This document shows positions 9,480-19,673 of a stretch of 64,000 nt of DNA, in pieces (position 1 is the stretch's first letter; every line of letters begins with the position of its first letter). Source of the DNA: Planctomycetales bacterium (GTDB lineage Bacteria; 4484-113); the NCBI GenBank assembly GCA_037441675.1, contig JBBIRS010000001.1, forward strand, positions 32,001 through 96,000, read 5' to 3'. The notes under the pieces are model-generated. The model had not been told where the DNA came from. It saw only the letters and a list, made by a program, of their open reading frames with translations, and searched no databases. The translations under genes and the position numbers were made by a program.

Positions 9480-10616
9480 CTAGCTATCATAATAAAAGCT
9501 AATAATTAGTTCTTTTAATCCAATAAGGGCATTATCATTTCTACCTTCACATACGGGTAGAGGTTCAAGTCCCCTACCAAAATCTCCGAAAACTGCAATT
9601 TTTGGAAGATGAGGAATTTTTTCTACTGAAATAGTTTGGTTAGATATGGTTCTTACATCTGGTTCTTCGACATCATTCACTCGTGGGAAAAGATAGTCCC
9701 TGAAAAGTGGCGGTGTACCTTCAAGTATTTCATCTTTTGTTGGTAATAGTAATAGGTATTGCGGCCTAATTAGTGCTCTTACCAGTGAACCAGCCATAGT
9801 GTGGCTAACCGAAGTAATCTGAAAACCGCCGATTTGGCCACGTCGACTCGTGGAGATCTCAATGACGCCAGAGTGCACCGCCCTTATTGATCCAACGGGC
9901 GCTAAAATACTCCCATCAAATCTCCCAACGCCGGTTATTGGTTTTGCTACTGTGGCAATTACTTTCTTCACTCCATCTTGGTAGAAGGCATAAACTCTAC
10001 CCTTCTCCTTGTTCTCAAATGTAATTTTCTTTAGGTGATTGAGGGGAATTGAAACTTCAATTTCTAAAATATCTCCAACCTTTGGGATATATCCAAAGCC
10101 TAACTTTTCGCTTTTTGCATTTCTAATAACTCTGACAGCGCTACCAGGAATTGGAGAAAAACTACCGCCAAAGAGATACCTTCCCGTTTGCACATCAGTA
10201 TAGATTACATAGTCTAACAACCTATCCGGTTCGCCCTTCAGGTTAAATCCGTAAAGTTCTTTAGGAAAGATGCTTATAGTTGCTCCCCTACCTAGATATG
10301 ATTGAGTGTAGATCTTAATATGAATAGCATTCACCGCAGAAGCAACAACTACACTTCCTGTTCCATAGGCTGAAGCTCTAAAACTTTGTGTTCTGACATC
10401 GGTCGCCGGGCGCTCCACCTTCCCCAGAATGCATGTATTAGGTGGCAAGTTCCTCCCCAAAGCTTCCTCACTTAGAAGTATTCTTCCACCTTTACGATTT
10501 TCCAAGATAAGGTAGAATTTAATGCTACTGTCTTTAATTGAAGCTGAGGATTGTAGCCACGTAACAGCTAATATTAAAAGTAAGAAGCCAGTTAAAGGGA
10601 GTCTCATTTTACTCAA
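9480..10616 (-). CDS. Hypothetical exported protein with internal duplication
   Basis: 378-aa ORF, N-terminal signal-like segment, two similar EN..G..I/V.G/A.V..P blocks. Confidence 0.7.
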   Translation of the reverse strand: MSKMRLPLTGFLLLILAVTWLQSSASIKDSSIKFYLILENRKGGRILLSEEALGRNLPPNTCILGKVERPATDVRTQSFRASAYGTGSVVVASAVNAIHIKIYTQSYLGRGATISIFPKELYGFNLKGEPDRLLDYVIYTDVQTGRYLFGGSFSPIPGSAVRVIRNAKSEKLGFGYIPKVGDILEIEVSIPLNHLKKITFENKEKGRVYAFYQDGVKKVIATVAKPITGVGRFDGSILAPVGSIRAVHSGVIEISTSRRGQIGGFQITSVSHTMAGSLVRALIRPQYLLLLPTKDEILEGTPPLFRDYLFPRVNDVEEPDVRTISNQTISVEKIPHLPKIAVFGDFGRGLEPLPVCEGRNDNALIGLKELIISFYYDS

Positions 10617-10654
10617 GTATGGTAGAGTAGATTAACCTCTCATGACAAACAAAT

Positions 10655-11095
10655 TCACTGACTTTGCATAATTTCTTTCTCAGAGAAGAAGTTAGCAATC
10701 TCTTGAAGTGCGACACTCTCGCTATCGCTAGCATGAATTAAATTCCTCGTAACATCAGTGGCAAAATCACCCCGAATAGTACCCGGTTGAGCCTCAGCCG
10801 GCGATGTAGAACCAATAAGGTTTCTCATCTGTTTGACAACATCGTGTCCTTCCAAAACTAACACCACAACTGGCGATTCGATTATGAAATTGACAAGATC
10901 CTGGAAAAATGGCTTTTCACGGTGAACAGCATAATGTCGTTCTGCTAATGCCCTATCAACGGTCATCATTTTCATCGCCACGATGTTGAATCCTTTTTTT
11001 TCTATACGGGTTATGATTTCACCAACAAGCTTGCGGGAAACCGCATCGGGTTTTAGCATAATAAAAGTTCTTTCCTTGGAAGTAGCCATATTCAT
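10655..11095 (-). CDS. ndk: Nucleoside diphosphate kinase
   Basis: ERTFIMLKPD, PGTIRGDFA, NLIHASDS; true start may be ATG 11089. Confidence 0.97.
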   Translation of the reverse strand: MNMATSKERTFIMLKPDAVSRKLVGEIITRIEKKGFNIVAMKMMTVDRALAERHYAVHREKPFFQDLVNFIIESPVVVLVLEGHDVVKQMRNLIGSTSPAEAQPGTIRGDFATDVTRNLIHASDSESVALQEIANFFSEKEIMQSQ

Positions 11096-11139
11096 ATTAT
11101 CAATAAAGTGGCCAATAACTCACTTATGATATTTAAGTT

Positions 11140-12849
11140 CTAACGCTTAGCAATTTGTTCTGAAGAGACATTAGACCATCCAGATTCTTTCAGGAAGTAG
11201 CTAGCATCATAATTTTCGCGTTCAAGAATTCGCTCAAGGCCTGCTACCACATCTTTATCAAGATGAACACCTTCAGGGTCTCCAAATCTTCCAATGTGTG
11301 GAGCGGTCAACTTCTTGCATTCAGCCAGTGCTTCTTGTGGAGTAAGTCCTCCCTTGTATGGGCGCTCCTGCATCATCGCGTGGAAGATATCCGCAACCGC
11401 TAGTATTCTTCCCTCCAAGCTTACCTCTTTATCTTTTAATCCTAGGGGATAGCCTGTGCCATCCAACCTTTCGTGGTGCATACCTGCAATTCTTGGGACA
11501 TCTCTCATTTCCTTTGAAAAGTAAACCTTTGACAGTATCTCAATAGTTTCGGAAACATGACTTCGCATCATTTTGAATTCTTCTTTCTCTAACTTCCCCG
11601 GTTTACCGAGGATTGCGTCGGGGATAGCTATTTTCCCATAATCGTGAAGAACAGCAGCGATTCTAATAAATTCAACTCTTTGGTGAGGCAGTCCAAGCTC
11701 CTTTGCAATAGCTACTGAAATACCTGTAACCATTTTAGAATGGTCATAAGTGGTTGGATCCTTTGCGTCAACACTTGATGCTAAAACCTCAATAAAACTG
11801 TTAAATTGTTTTTTCTGCTCCTCGTAAAGCCTAGCATTCTCTATGGCAACTGCCGCACTGCCGGATAAAGCAGCCAATAAATCCTCATCAGCAGATGTGA
11901 AATGAGGATGCTCAAGCTTGTTCAGGACTTGATAAACACCTATAAGGTCGCCTTTTTTGTTCAAGAGGGGCATGCAGAGAATATTCCTTGTAACATAACC
12001 AGTTTTCTTGTCCACCTCAGGATTGAAGAGTGGATGCGAGTAAGGATCTGAAATGTTTAATGTTTGTAGTGTTTTCGCAACATTTCCAGCTATTCCAACG
12101 CCAACAGGCATTCTTATTTCATCTCTAAGCCCCTCGCCAACGATAGTCCAAATCTCCTCATTCTCCTCATCATAGAGCCAAACCGTTGTTCTATCAGCCT
12201 TTAATAACCAAGAGCACTGCCTAGCAAGAACAGTTAGAAGTTCCCTAAGCTCTAACTTTCCACTTATAACTTGCGAAACCTGCATCAAAGCTTCCGCGCG
12301 CTCCAACGATTCTTGATACGCTCTTCTTAGTTTGATGGTCTCCACAGCGGCAGAAAGAATCTGAGCCACTCGATCTAAGCTCTCCAATAAATGTGTATCC
12401 ACGCTAACGGAAGGTGGAAGATACATACAAAAAACTTCCATTACTTCCTGCGCTCCATCCAATAGAGGCATAATGCTTATCTTGCTCAGTTCATTTCGAA
12501 CCTCTCTTGAAAGTCTCTTAGTAACTTCTTCATCTTCAAGATCTATAATCACTACCGACTTTTTGTTAATCGCTCTAGTCGCATTCACCCGAATAAGTTC
12601 TTCTAGTACCTCCTCATCTTTGGGATCAAATTCTCGTTCCACGCCTGCTAGAGCATGCCTACTTCCCATTTCACCTTCGATAACGGGGTAACGATAAGCT
12701 GAGAATCCCTCCACAAATTCAGAGAGGGGCTTTGAGAGCTTTACACCTAATTGCTCAAAAGTTTCGCTACCTGCAACCGCTCGGTGTAAGTCCAAGAGCT
12801 TTTGAAGTAGCTCAAGACTATCGTGATTTGAAGTTTCTTTATTTGACAT
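11140..12849 (-). CDS. GAF-domain HD-GYP cyclic-di-nucleotide phosphodiesterase
   Basis: GAF with NKL..F..DE motif, then HDYGK, HHERLDGTGYP, RPYK. Confidence 0.9.
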   Translation of the reverse strand: MSNKETSNHDSLELLQKLLDLHRAVAGSETFEQLGVKLSKPLSEFVEGFSAYRYPVIEGEMGSRHALAGVEREFDPKDEEVLEELIRVNATRAINKKSVVIIDLEDEEVTKRLSREVRNELSKISIMPLLDGAQEVMEVFCMYLPPSVSVDTHLLESLDRVAQILSAAVETIKLRRAYQESLERAEALMQVSQVISGKLELRELLTVLARQCSWLLKADRTTVWLYDEENEEIWTIVGEGLRDEIRMPVGVGIAGNVAKTLQTLNISDPYSHPLFNPEVDKKTGYVTRNILCMPLLNKKGDLIGVYQVLNKLEHPHFTSADEDLLAALSGSAAVAIENARLYEEQKKQFNSFIEVLASSVDAKDPTTYDHSKMVTGISVAIAKELGLPHQRVEFIRIAAVLHDYGKIAIPDAILGKPGKLEKEEFKMMRSHVSETIEILSKVYFSKEMRDVPRIAGMHHERLDGTGYPLGLKDKEVSLEGRILAVADIFHAMMQERPYKGGLTPQEALAECKKLTAPHIGRFGDPEGVHLDKDVVAGLERILERENYDASYFLKESGWSNVSSEQIAKR

Positions 12850-12855
12850 ATTTGA

Positions 12856-13299
12856 TTACCGCCAACTGTATGGTATTTCTGTAGTATCAGCTGATATTCT
12901 AAACTCATCAGGCTCTTCATAATTATAAAGCCTATTAGGTATATTAAGAAGGTAAACCTCTTCTTCTCCGATGTTCTTAAATCCGTGATAGACTAAAGGG
13001 GGAATTGTTATCAATGTAAAATCACTTCCCGAGACTATGAATTCCTCAATCTCTCTAAAGGTAGGGGAATCAGTCCTTGCGTCGTATAATGCTATCTTAG
13101 CTTTGCCCTTGATAACGCAGAAATTGTCCGTTTGTGTTTTATGATAATGCCAAGCCTTCACAATTCCTGGAAGTGCAGTAGTAATATAAACCTGCCCAAA
13201 ACCCTTAAAATTTTCCCAATCACAACGTAAGATCTCTACCAGGAATCCCCTCTCATCCCGAATTGGATTTAGACTTCTCCGGTAAGCACCTTCAATCAT
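12856..13299 (-). CDS. dTDP-4-dehydrorhamnose 3,5-epimerase-like cupin (RmlC family)
   Basis: DERG, KAWHYH..Q.D, IPP.VYHGF. Confidence 0.85.
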   Translation of the reverse strand: MIEGAYRRSLNPIRDERGFLVEILRCDWENFKGFGQVYITTALPGIVKAWHYHKTQTDNFCVIKGKAKIALYDARTDSPTFREIEEFIVSGSDFTLITIPPLVYHGFKNIGEEEVYLLNIPNRLYNYEEPDEFRISADTTEIPYSWR

Positions 13300-13333
13300 T
13301 TCAGAAAATTATATCAGATGTTTTGATTCAAGC

Positions 13334-13361
13334 TTGACAAATTTAAACATACGTGTAGTAT
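13334..13361 (+). promoter_or_regulatory. Sigma70-type lexA promoter with putative SOS box between -35 and -10
   Basis: TTGACA (13334-39), 16-bp spacer, TAGTAT (13356-61); AAAC-ATAC-GTGT (13345-56) resembles GAAC-N4-GTTC. Confidence 0.6.
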
Positions 13362-13367
13362 TATATT

Positions 13368-13994
13368 ATGCCAAGACTACCTACAAAACGGCAAATGGAA
13401 ATACTTAGGTATATCTACGAGTACCAAAAGGAGCAGGGGTACCCTCCTTCCGTTAGAGACATTGCTAAACTTCACTCCTGTAGTGTGAAGGGGGCTTACG
13501 ATCATGTTCTAGCTTTAGAGAAACGAGGTCTTATCGCTCGATCTCCAAAGCTCTCTCGTTCTATTACCATTACACACCTCGGGTTGGATTTAGTTAAGCC
13601 ACAAGAAGAAAGGAAAATTCCCTTTGTTGGAAGAATTGCCGCTGGAGAACCTATATGGGCGGAAGAGAATATAGATTCATATATTGACTTCCCACTTGAT
13701 GCATGGGAGAAGGGCAACTACCGATTCTTTGCGCTTAAGATAACGGGTGATTCGATGAAAGATGCGGGTATTTTAGATGGTGATATAGGTATCTTCCGTT
13801 ACCAGAAGAACGCGGATCCAGGCTCTATTGTAGTTGCTCTTGTTGAGAATGAAGCTACAGTAAAGTATTACTTCAAGGAGAATGACCGTATAATTCTACG
13901 TTCCGCGAATGAGGCTTATCCTGATATGATCTTCTCCAAAGTTGAAATTCAAGGCGTTTTACGCGGTCTGATTAGGCCTTCTATTCGCTTCTAA
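13368..13994 (+). CDS. lexA: LexA repressor
   Basis: wHTH GYPPSVRDI, Ala-Gly cleavage site IAAGEP, GDSM serine, ATVK lysine. Confidence 0.95.
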   Translation: MPRLPTKRQMEILRYIYEYQKEQGYPPSVRDIAKLHSCSVKGAYDHVLALEKRGLIARSPKLSRSITITHLGLDLVKPQEERKIPFVGRIAAGEPIWAEENIDSYIDFPLDAWEKGNYRFFALKITGDSMKDAGILDGDIGIFRYQKNADPGSIVVALVENEATVKYYFKENDRIILRSANEAYPDMIFSKVEIQGVLRGLIRPSIRF

Positions 13995-14103
13995 TTTAGA
14001 TTAATGCATGTTATCAATTATTCTGAATTACTACTGACTCTTAATCACATTTTGAATAGTAAAACTTTCCACCTTTTAAAAAGTTTTCTGGAGGAGTTAC
14101 TCT

Positions 14104-14835
14104 TTACACCCCATACCCACCGCTAACGGTTATAAAGTTTCCAGTAATATATTCGCTCCCCGGCGCTAAAATGTAATCCAGGGCGTGAAGTATATCTTCT
14201 TTCTTTCCTAATCTTCCAGCAGGAATTTTAGAGACGATGGTTCTAGTGAACTCATCGTCACTATCAAGCCAACCTGGGCATATAGCGTTAACTGTAATCT
14301 TCTCAGGAGAAATCTCCACAGATAATGAGCGCACCAGTGAAAGTAGAGCGGTTTTGGCTGAAAAGTAAGCTGGGAAAAGTTTCTTTGCAGAAAGGTTTTC
14401 CGCCCCCGCTGAGGCAAACACCACTATGCGTGATTGCTCTCCTCTAACTATGTAAGGTTTCAAGAACTTATAGCACGCAAAAAACCCTAAAAGATTAACC
14501 TTAACTAAATATTCAAACTCTTGGATTTCTGTTTTCTCAAGGCTCTTGAATAGGGCTGGTCCTGCTATGTAAACTAATACGTGAAGCTTACCGTTGAAAA
14601 TCTCATTTATCTTTTTTGCCACCAGGTTGAAATCCAGTTTCTCTTCAATCACTAAGGGGACATAGCATATATTGTCTAGGCTAAAATCTTTGCGAGCCCT
14701 TAGGTGAAAATCTTTCCTTCTGCCTGTAAAAATTACTTTTAATCCCCTTCTTAATAAGTGAAGCACCACAGCTTCTCCGATATTAGAAGTTCCGCCAATC
14801 ACTACTGCATTTCTTGTAGAGAGTTTTTTAGGCAT
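14104..14835 (-). CDS. Short-chain dehydrogenase/reductase
   Basis: IGGTSNIG, YFSAK, VNAICPG, YITG; ATG 14835 preferred over the ORF-track start 14853. Confidence 0.85.
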   Translation of the reverse strand: MPKKLSTRNAVVIGGTSNIGEAVVLHLLRRGLKVIFTGRRKDFHLRARKDFSLDNICYVPLVIEEKLDFNLVAKKINEIFNGKLHVLVYIAGPALFKSLEKTEIQEFEYLVKVNLLGFFACYKFLKPYIVRGEQSRIVVFASAGAENLSAKKLFPAYFSAKTALLSLVRSLSVEISPEKITVNAICPGWLDSDDEFTRTIVSKIPAGRLGKKEDILHALDYILAPGSEYITGNFITVSGGYGV

Positions 14836-15016
14836 TTTGCCTATTATAAACAAAGAAAGATTTCAATGCGCACCAGGTTGAATATTTATCTCTCCTTCAG
14901 GGCGTACTCAAGCGAAGGTGGTTGAGAGAAGAGAGATGTTTGCCTACTTCAAGTGTCAAGGTTTTCAGCCCTAGCTACTTAGTACTGCAAGTTTGATTGT
15001 GCTTCTAAAAAACTTA

Positions 15017-15211
15017 TTAGAGGACTGGTTCGTCTTCGTGAAAACCTTCCGCAATTCTCCCCCTGTGGATTTCCGCCCTTTCATAACAGACATTGCAGTA
15101 AGATAGCCAAGGGAAAATTTCATCTACAATTTCAGCGGGATTCCCACAGAAAACACAGCCCCTAGAACTGTTACCATTCTCAATACCGGCTCTATCCTTT
15201 GTTTCATCCAT
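15017..15211 (-). CDS. Small hypothetical protein, possible Zn finger
   Basis: 64 aa with CVFC...CNVC in otherwise unassigned DNA. Confidence 0.45.
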   Translation of the reverse strand: MDETKDRAGIENGNSSRGCVFCGNPAEIVDEIFPWLSYCNVCYERAEIHRGRIAEGFHEDEPVL

Positions 15212-15321
15212 CTTATGCTCTAGCTAATTTACATTATTTATTCTAGTGATCTATTCATTATACTATCACAATCTATATTGAAGAATGGATTAGAAACCGC
15301 ATTAATTGGTAAGATTATGCT

Positions 15322-16209
15322 GTGCAAAAAAGAAAAGGGCTTGGGCGTGGTTTGTCTTCAATTGCAGAGAGCGCCGTTGACGTGCAGGTGCAGAGAAGAG
15401 TTGAACCTATCTGGAAAGTACTTCAATTGCGGATAGATGATATTGAATCTAGTCCCTTTCAACCACGTAGCGTTGTAGATGAAGAATCTCTGATGGCGCT
15501 TTCCACTTCAATTAAAGAACTTGGCGTTATTGAGCCGATAGTGGTTAGGCAGTTAGGACTAAAGAAGTATCAATTAGTTGCGGGTCAACGTAGGTTACTC
15601 GCTGCAAAGAAGGCTGGCTTAATTGAGGTTCCAGCTATTGTTTTAGAGCTTTCAGACCAAGAAGCGGTGGTTTTCTCTCTTGTGGAAAACCTGCAGAGGG
15701 AGGATCTTAATCCGCTTGATGAAGCTGAAAGCTACTCCCAGCTAATCAATCAATTTCACTTCACTCATCAAAGAATTGCCGAGTTGATAGGGAAAAGCAG
15801 AGTGTATATTACCAATACTTTAAGATTGTTATCGTTGCCTCAAGATGCTTTAGAAGCGATTAGAAAAGGGTTGATGACACGAGGACAAGGAATTGCCCTA
15901 CTAGCAATTCCCCCTAATGAAAGGGCTATGGTTTTAGAAAGGGTGTTAAAAGAAGGATTAAAAGTTAGAGAAATTGAAAATCTTGCTATTGAACTTGGTA
16001 AGACAGTAAGGAAGCCCCCACGCAAACAAAAGGCTCTTTCGGATACGCCTTACTTAACGAATTTGGCTCAGCAAATGGAAATCTTTTTAGGCACACGAGT
16101 TCGAATTAAATCATTTGGCAAGAGCGGAAAGATTGAAGTAACCTACTCTTCCCTTGATGATCTGAATCGCATTGTGAGATTAATTCTACCTGAGGAAAAT
16201 CCCTTTTAG
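15322..16209 (+). CDS. parB: Chromosome partitioning protein ParB/Spo0J
   Basis: KGLGRGL, FQPR, VAGQRR, ENLQREDL, HTH GKSRVYITN.LR. Confidence 0.95.
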   Translation: MQKRKGLGRGLSSIAESAVDVQVQRRVEPIWKVLQLRIDDIESSPFQPRSVVDEESLMALSTSIKELGVIEPIVVRQLGLKKYQLVAGQRRLLAAKKAGLIEVPAIVLELSDQEAVVFSLVENLQREDLNPLDEAESYSQLINQFHFTHQRIAELIGKSRVYITNTLRLLSLPQDALEAIRKGLMTRGQGIALLAIPPNERAMVLERVLKEGLKVREIENLAIELGKTVRKPPRKQKALSDTPYLTNLAQQMEIFLGTRVRIKSFGKSGKIEVTYSSLDDLNRIVRLILPEENPF

Positions 16210-16423
16210 TACTTGCTTCCTTTTCTGCGTGAAATATTGCTTCTAAAGAAAGTGCTATTTTGTTTTTTTTTACGAATTCAATCTAGCTATTTACTTAAAA
16301 GAATACTATGCTTCCGTTTTCTTCATTTTTCAATATAATGCAACGGTTATTTAACTTTACCTTAATCAATTATCTAGATACAATAGCCAAACAAAGCGAG
16401 TAATTATGATGAGAGCATAAAAG

Positions 16424-17734
16424 ATGAAATACAGTGTTGTAAATATTGCTCGGATTGCGGAAAACTTGGGCAAAACGGTTTGCTTGCGAGGTTGGGTAAG
16501 GAACCGTCGTTTCGGAAAAGGCATAGCCTTTTTTATTCTTAGAGACGGAACCGGCGAGGTGCAGTGTGTTGCATCGAGCGAAGAAATACCAGAGGGTGAG
16601 CTTAAAAGTTATGAAGGAATTGGGCTGGAATCCTCTGTTCAAATCATTGGAGAGGTAAGAAATGATGAGAGGAGCCCGGGTGGATATGAGATTAAGGTAC
16701 AAGAGATCATACCAATTCAAAAAGTTACAGATTATCCCATTGCCAAAAAGGAGCATGGGGTTGAATTTTTGATGGAACATAGGCACCTGTGGATTCGCTC
16801 AAGAACTCAAACAGCTATCCTAAAACTTAGAAACGAAATCCAAAAGTATTGGATAGATTTCTTCTATGAGAAGAACTTTTATAGAGCGGACGCACCTATA
16901 TTTACCTCATCTGCCTGTGAAGGAACCACCACTTTGTTCCCAGTGGATTATCATGGTGATACCGCCTACTTAAGTCAAAGTGGGCAACTTTACAATGAAG
17001 CTACAATATTTGCCCTCGGCAAGGTTTACTGTTTTGGCCCCACATTTCGAGCTGAGAAAAGCAAAACAAGGCGTCACTTACTTGAATTTTGGATGTTAGA
17101 GGCAGAAGCATCTTTTATGACACATGAAGAAAGTCTTCAGCTTCAGGAAGAACTGATCGTTTCAACCATTGAGCATGTCTTAAGTAAGTGCGATTCAGAG
17201 TTCAAAATCCTTGGAAGAGATATAGAACCTCTTAAGAGGGTGAAACCACCATTTGTAAGAATTACTTATGGCGAGGCGGTGAAGCTAATCAATGAGAAGA
17301 TGGTAGAACGCGATGCCCCTTTCCAATACGGTGATGATTTTGGTGCACCTGAGGAGACTTTTCTTTCTCTGCAATTTGATAAGCCGTTTTTCGTTACCAA
17401 TTTTCCCGTAGAAACTAAAGCTTTTTATATGAAACCTGATCCAAATGACGTAAGTACCCTTCTTTGCGCAGACCTTCTCGCACCTGAAGGTTATGGAGAA
17501 ATAATCGGAGGTAGCCAGCGCGAGGATGATATTGATGCATTGCTTCAACGCATAAAACAGTGGAACTTACCCCTTGAACATTTGCAGTGGTATCTAGACC
17601 TTAGAAGATACGGAAGTGTTTATCATTCGGGATTCGGAATAGGGCTTGAGCGTGTGGTGGCATGGGTGGCAGGGCTTCACCATATCCGTGAAACCATTCC
17701 CTTTCCTCGTATGCTTCACCATCTATTCCCGTAG
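16424..17734 (+). CDS. asnS: Asparagine--tRNA ligase
   Basis: YLSQSGQLY, FRAEKSKTRRHL.EFWM, EIIGGSQRE, HSGFGIGLER. Confidence 0.93.
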   Translation: MKYSVVNIARIAENLGKTVCLRGWVRNRRFGKGIAFFILRDGTGEVQCVASSEEIPEGELKSYEGIGLESSVQIIGEVRNDERSPGGYEIKVQEIIPIQKVTDYPIAKKEHGVEFLMEHRHLWIRSRTQTAILKLRNEIQKYWIDFFYEKNFYRADAPIFTSSACEGTTTLFPVDYHGDTAYLSQSGQLYNEATIFALGKVYCFGPTFRAEKSKTRRHLLEFWMLEAEASFMTHEESLQLQEELIVSTIEHVLSKCDSEFKILGRDIEPLKRVKPPFVRITYGEAVKLINEKMVERDAPFQYGDDFGAPEETFLSLQFDKPFFVTNFPVETKAFYMKPDPNDVSTLLCADLLAPEGYGEIIGGSQREDDIDALLQRIKQWNLPLEHLQWYLDLRRYGSVYHSGFGIGLERVVAWVAGLHHIRETIPFPRMLHHLFP

Positions 17735-17816
17735 ATAAATCAAAGAAAATAGATAAAAAACTCCCACTATATCAAACGAAGTCTTATAGAGATACTTCTC
17801 TGGTAAAATAGTTTTC

Positions 17817-19607
17817 TTGACACTGCGGAACGCCACGATGCTTCAAACTTCAACAAGAACTTCTTCTCGTCCAGGTTTTACTTGGGAACTAAGAAAGGTT
17901 CGACCGTTGATTGTAGAACGCAAGACGGAAATAATTTACGCTCTTGTTTGCGCCTTAATTTATTCTCTAGCAACTCTCTCAGTGCCGGTTATTTTCAAGT
18001 ACTTAGTTGATGAAGCTATCCTAACTCGCAAAGACCTGAAGTTAGTTCTCCTTGGCTTTTTTGGATTAGCCCTTGTGCTCTTCATTAGACTTGGCGCTCA
18101 AGCCTTCAGGCTTTACTACTCCTACTCGGTAGCCTACAATGCAACAGTAAGCCTTCGTCAGCGACTTTTTGAACACCTTCAACAACTTTCCTACTCCTTC
18201 TTTGATCGCAGTAGATTGGGAGATTTAATGTCAAGGCTTACAAATGATGTCATCGTCATCCAGAACTTTATCCTAAGCTCCCTTGAAGACTTTTTTGCTG
18301 CCCCGGTGATTCTGGTTGGCGCAATAATCGTGCTCTTCTTTCTTAATTTTAGAATAGGTATCGTAATTCTTATCGTCAGTATTCTGGTGGGGATTGGCTT
18401 GAGAATTGCTGGCTCAAGAATAAGAAAGCTAAATGATAAAATTCGCAAAAGCGAAGGAGAACTCACTACAGTTCTAGCTGAAAGCTTGAATGTAATAAGA
18501 CTAATCCAGTCATTTAATATGGAAGCCCATATGTCCGAGAAGTTTCTAGAGGTAAACAGGCGCCACCTGCAGGATAGCATTCGTGCCGCAAGAGTTACTT
18601 CCTACCTTCTTCCTCTAGTTGAATTCATAGGTTTTCTTGCTCCACTTGTAATCATCACCATCATAGGAGTTTGGATTATTATTCAACGAAGCACAGTAGG
18701 TGACATATTTGCAATTGGTGGCTTAGCTGGATTTGTAGCTAATCCGCTGAATAAGCTCTCTAGGGTGTTCGTCACATTACAAAGTGCTCGTTCAGCAATA
18801 GCTCGTGTATTTGAGATTCTTGAAACACCGAGGGAGATTAGGGATGTTCCAGGCGCAAAAAAATTAGAAGTTACTTTAGGCAGGATTGAATTTCAAGACG
18901 TTTCTTTCTCATATACCCCGGGCGAGCCTGTTATAAAGAAGATAAACCTAACCATTGAGCCAGGTGAAATAGTTGCTATCGTTGGTGAAAGTGGTTCGGG
19001 TAAATCAACTTTAATCAACTTGATACCGCGATTTTATGAACCTACATCTGGAAAAATACTAATTGATGGACAAGATATTAGAGAAGTTACCCTAGCGTCA
19101 CTTAGAGCTAGCATTGGCATAGTTAGTCAGGAAACAATCCTAATTCATGGCACTATTAGAGAAAACATAGCCTTCGGTAGGCCTGAGACGGATGAGCTAG
19201 ATATTATTGCAGTAGCAAAGGCAGCTAATGCTCACGATTTCATAATCCGTTTGCCAAAGGGATATGACACTATGGTAGGTGAACGAGGTGTCACCCTTTC
19301 TGGAGGAGAAAGACAGAGAATTGCAATTGCTCGGGCTCTCTTAAAAGACCCAAAGGTACTTCTTCTAGATGAGGCTACGGGCGCGCTGGATTCGGTTTCA
19401 GAGGCGGTGGTTCAGGATGCTCTAAATAAATTAATGTACGGAAGAGCAACTCTTATGGTTGCCCATAGGCTTTCCACGGTTAGGATGGCAAGCAAGATTG
19501 TTGTGCTCTCCGCTGGTGAGATAGTCGAAATGGGCTCCCATGCGGAGTTAATGGCTCTGCAAGGTGTTTATCACAAATTGGTGAGACTGCAAGGAGTATA
19601 CGCTTAA
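17817..19607 (+). CDS. ABC exporter ATP-binding/permease (MsbA-like)
   Basis: Fused TMD+NBD; GESGSGKS, LSGGERQR, LLLDEAT; adjacent to lptB. Confidence 0.85.
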   Translation: MTLRNATMLQTSTRTSSRPGFTWELRKVRPLIVERKTEIIYALVCALIYSLATLSVPVIFKYLVDEAILTRKDLKLVLLGFFGLALVLFIRLGAQAFRLYYSYSVAYNATVSLRQRLFEHLQQLSYSFFDRSRLGDLMSRLTNDVIVIQNFILSSLEDFFAAPVILVGAIIVLFFLNFRIGIVILIVSILVGIGLRIAGSRIRKLNDKIRKSEGELTTVLAESLNVIRLIQSFNMEAHMSEKFLEVNRRHLQDSIRAARVTSYLLPLVEFIGFLAPLVIITIIGVWIIIQRSTVGDIFAIGGLAGFVANPLNKLSRVFVTLQSARSAIARVFEILETPREIRDVPGAKKLEVTLGRIEFQDVSFSYTPGEPVIKKINLTIEPGEIVAIVGESGSGKSTLINLIPRFYEPTSGKILIDGQDIREVTLASLRASIGIVSQETILIHGTIRENIAFGRPETDELDIIAVAKAANAHDFIIRLPKGYDTMVGERGVTLSGGERQRIAIARALLKDPKVLLLDEATGALDSVSEAVVQDALNKLMYGRATLMVAHRLSTVRMASKIVVLSAGEIVEMGSHAELMALQGVYHKLVRLQGVYA

Positions 19608-19673
19608 TGGTTAATTGATGTATAAGACCCCAGAATCTCGTCTGTTATAATGTAATAAACGATAGACACTTTT

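Noticed and set aside
14889..14937. Glycine-riboswitch-like words (GAAGG, GAGAG, CTCTC)
   Set aside because: Order and spacing do not fit the glycine aptamer on either strand
16210..16423. Possible T-box leader upstream of asnS
   Set aside because: No T-box antiterminator motif (GGTGGNACCGCG) or terminator seen; region is simply AT-rich
16370..16786. 138-aa minus-strand ORF and similar short ORFs nested in known genes
   Set aside because: They overlap confident genes such as asnS on the opposite strand or frame and show no recognisable motifs
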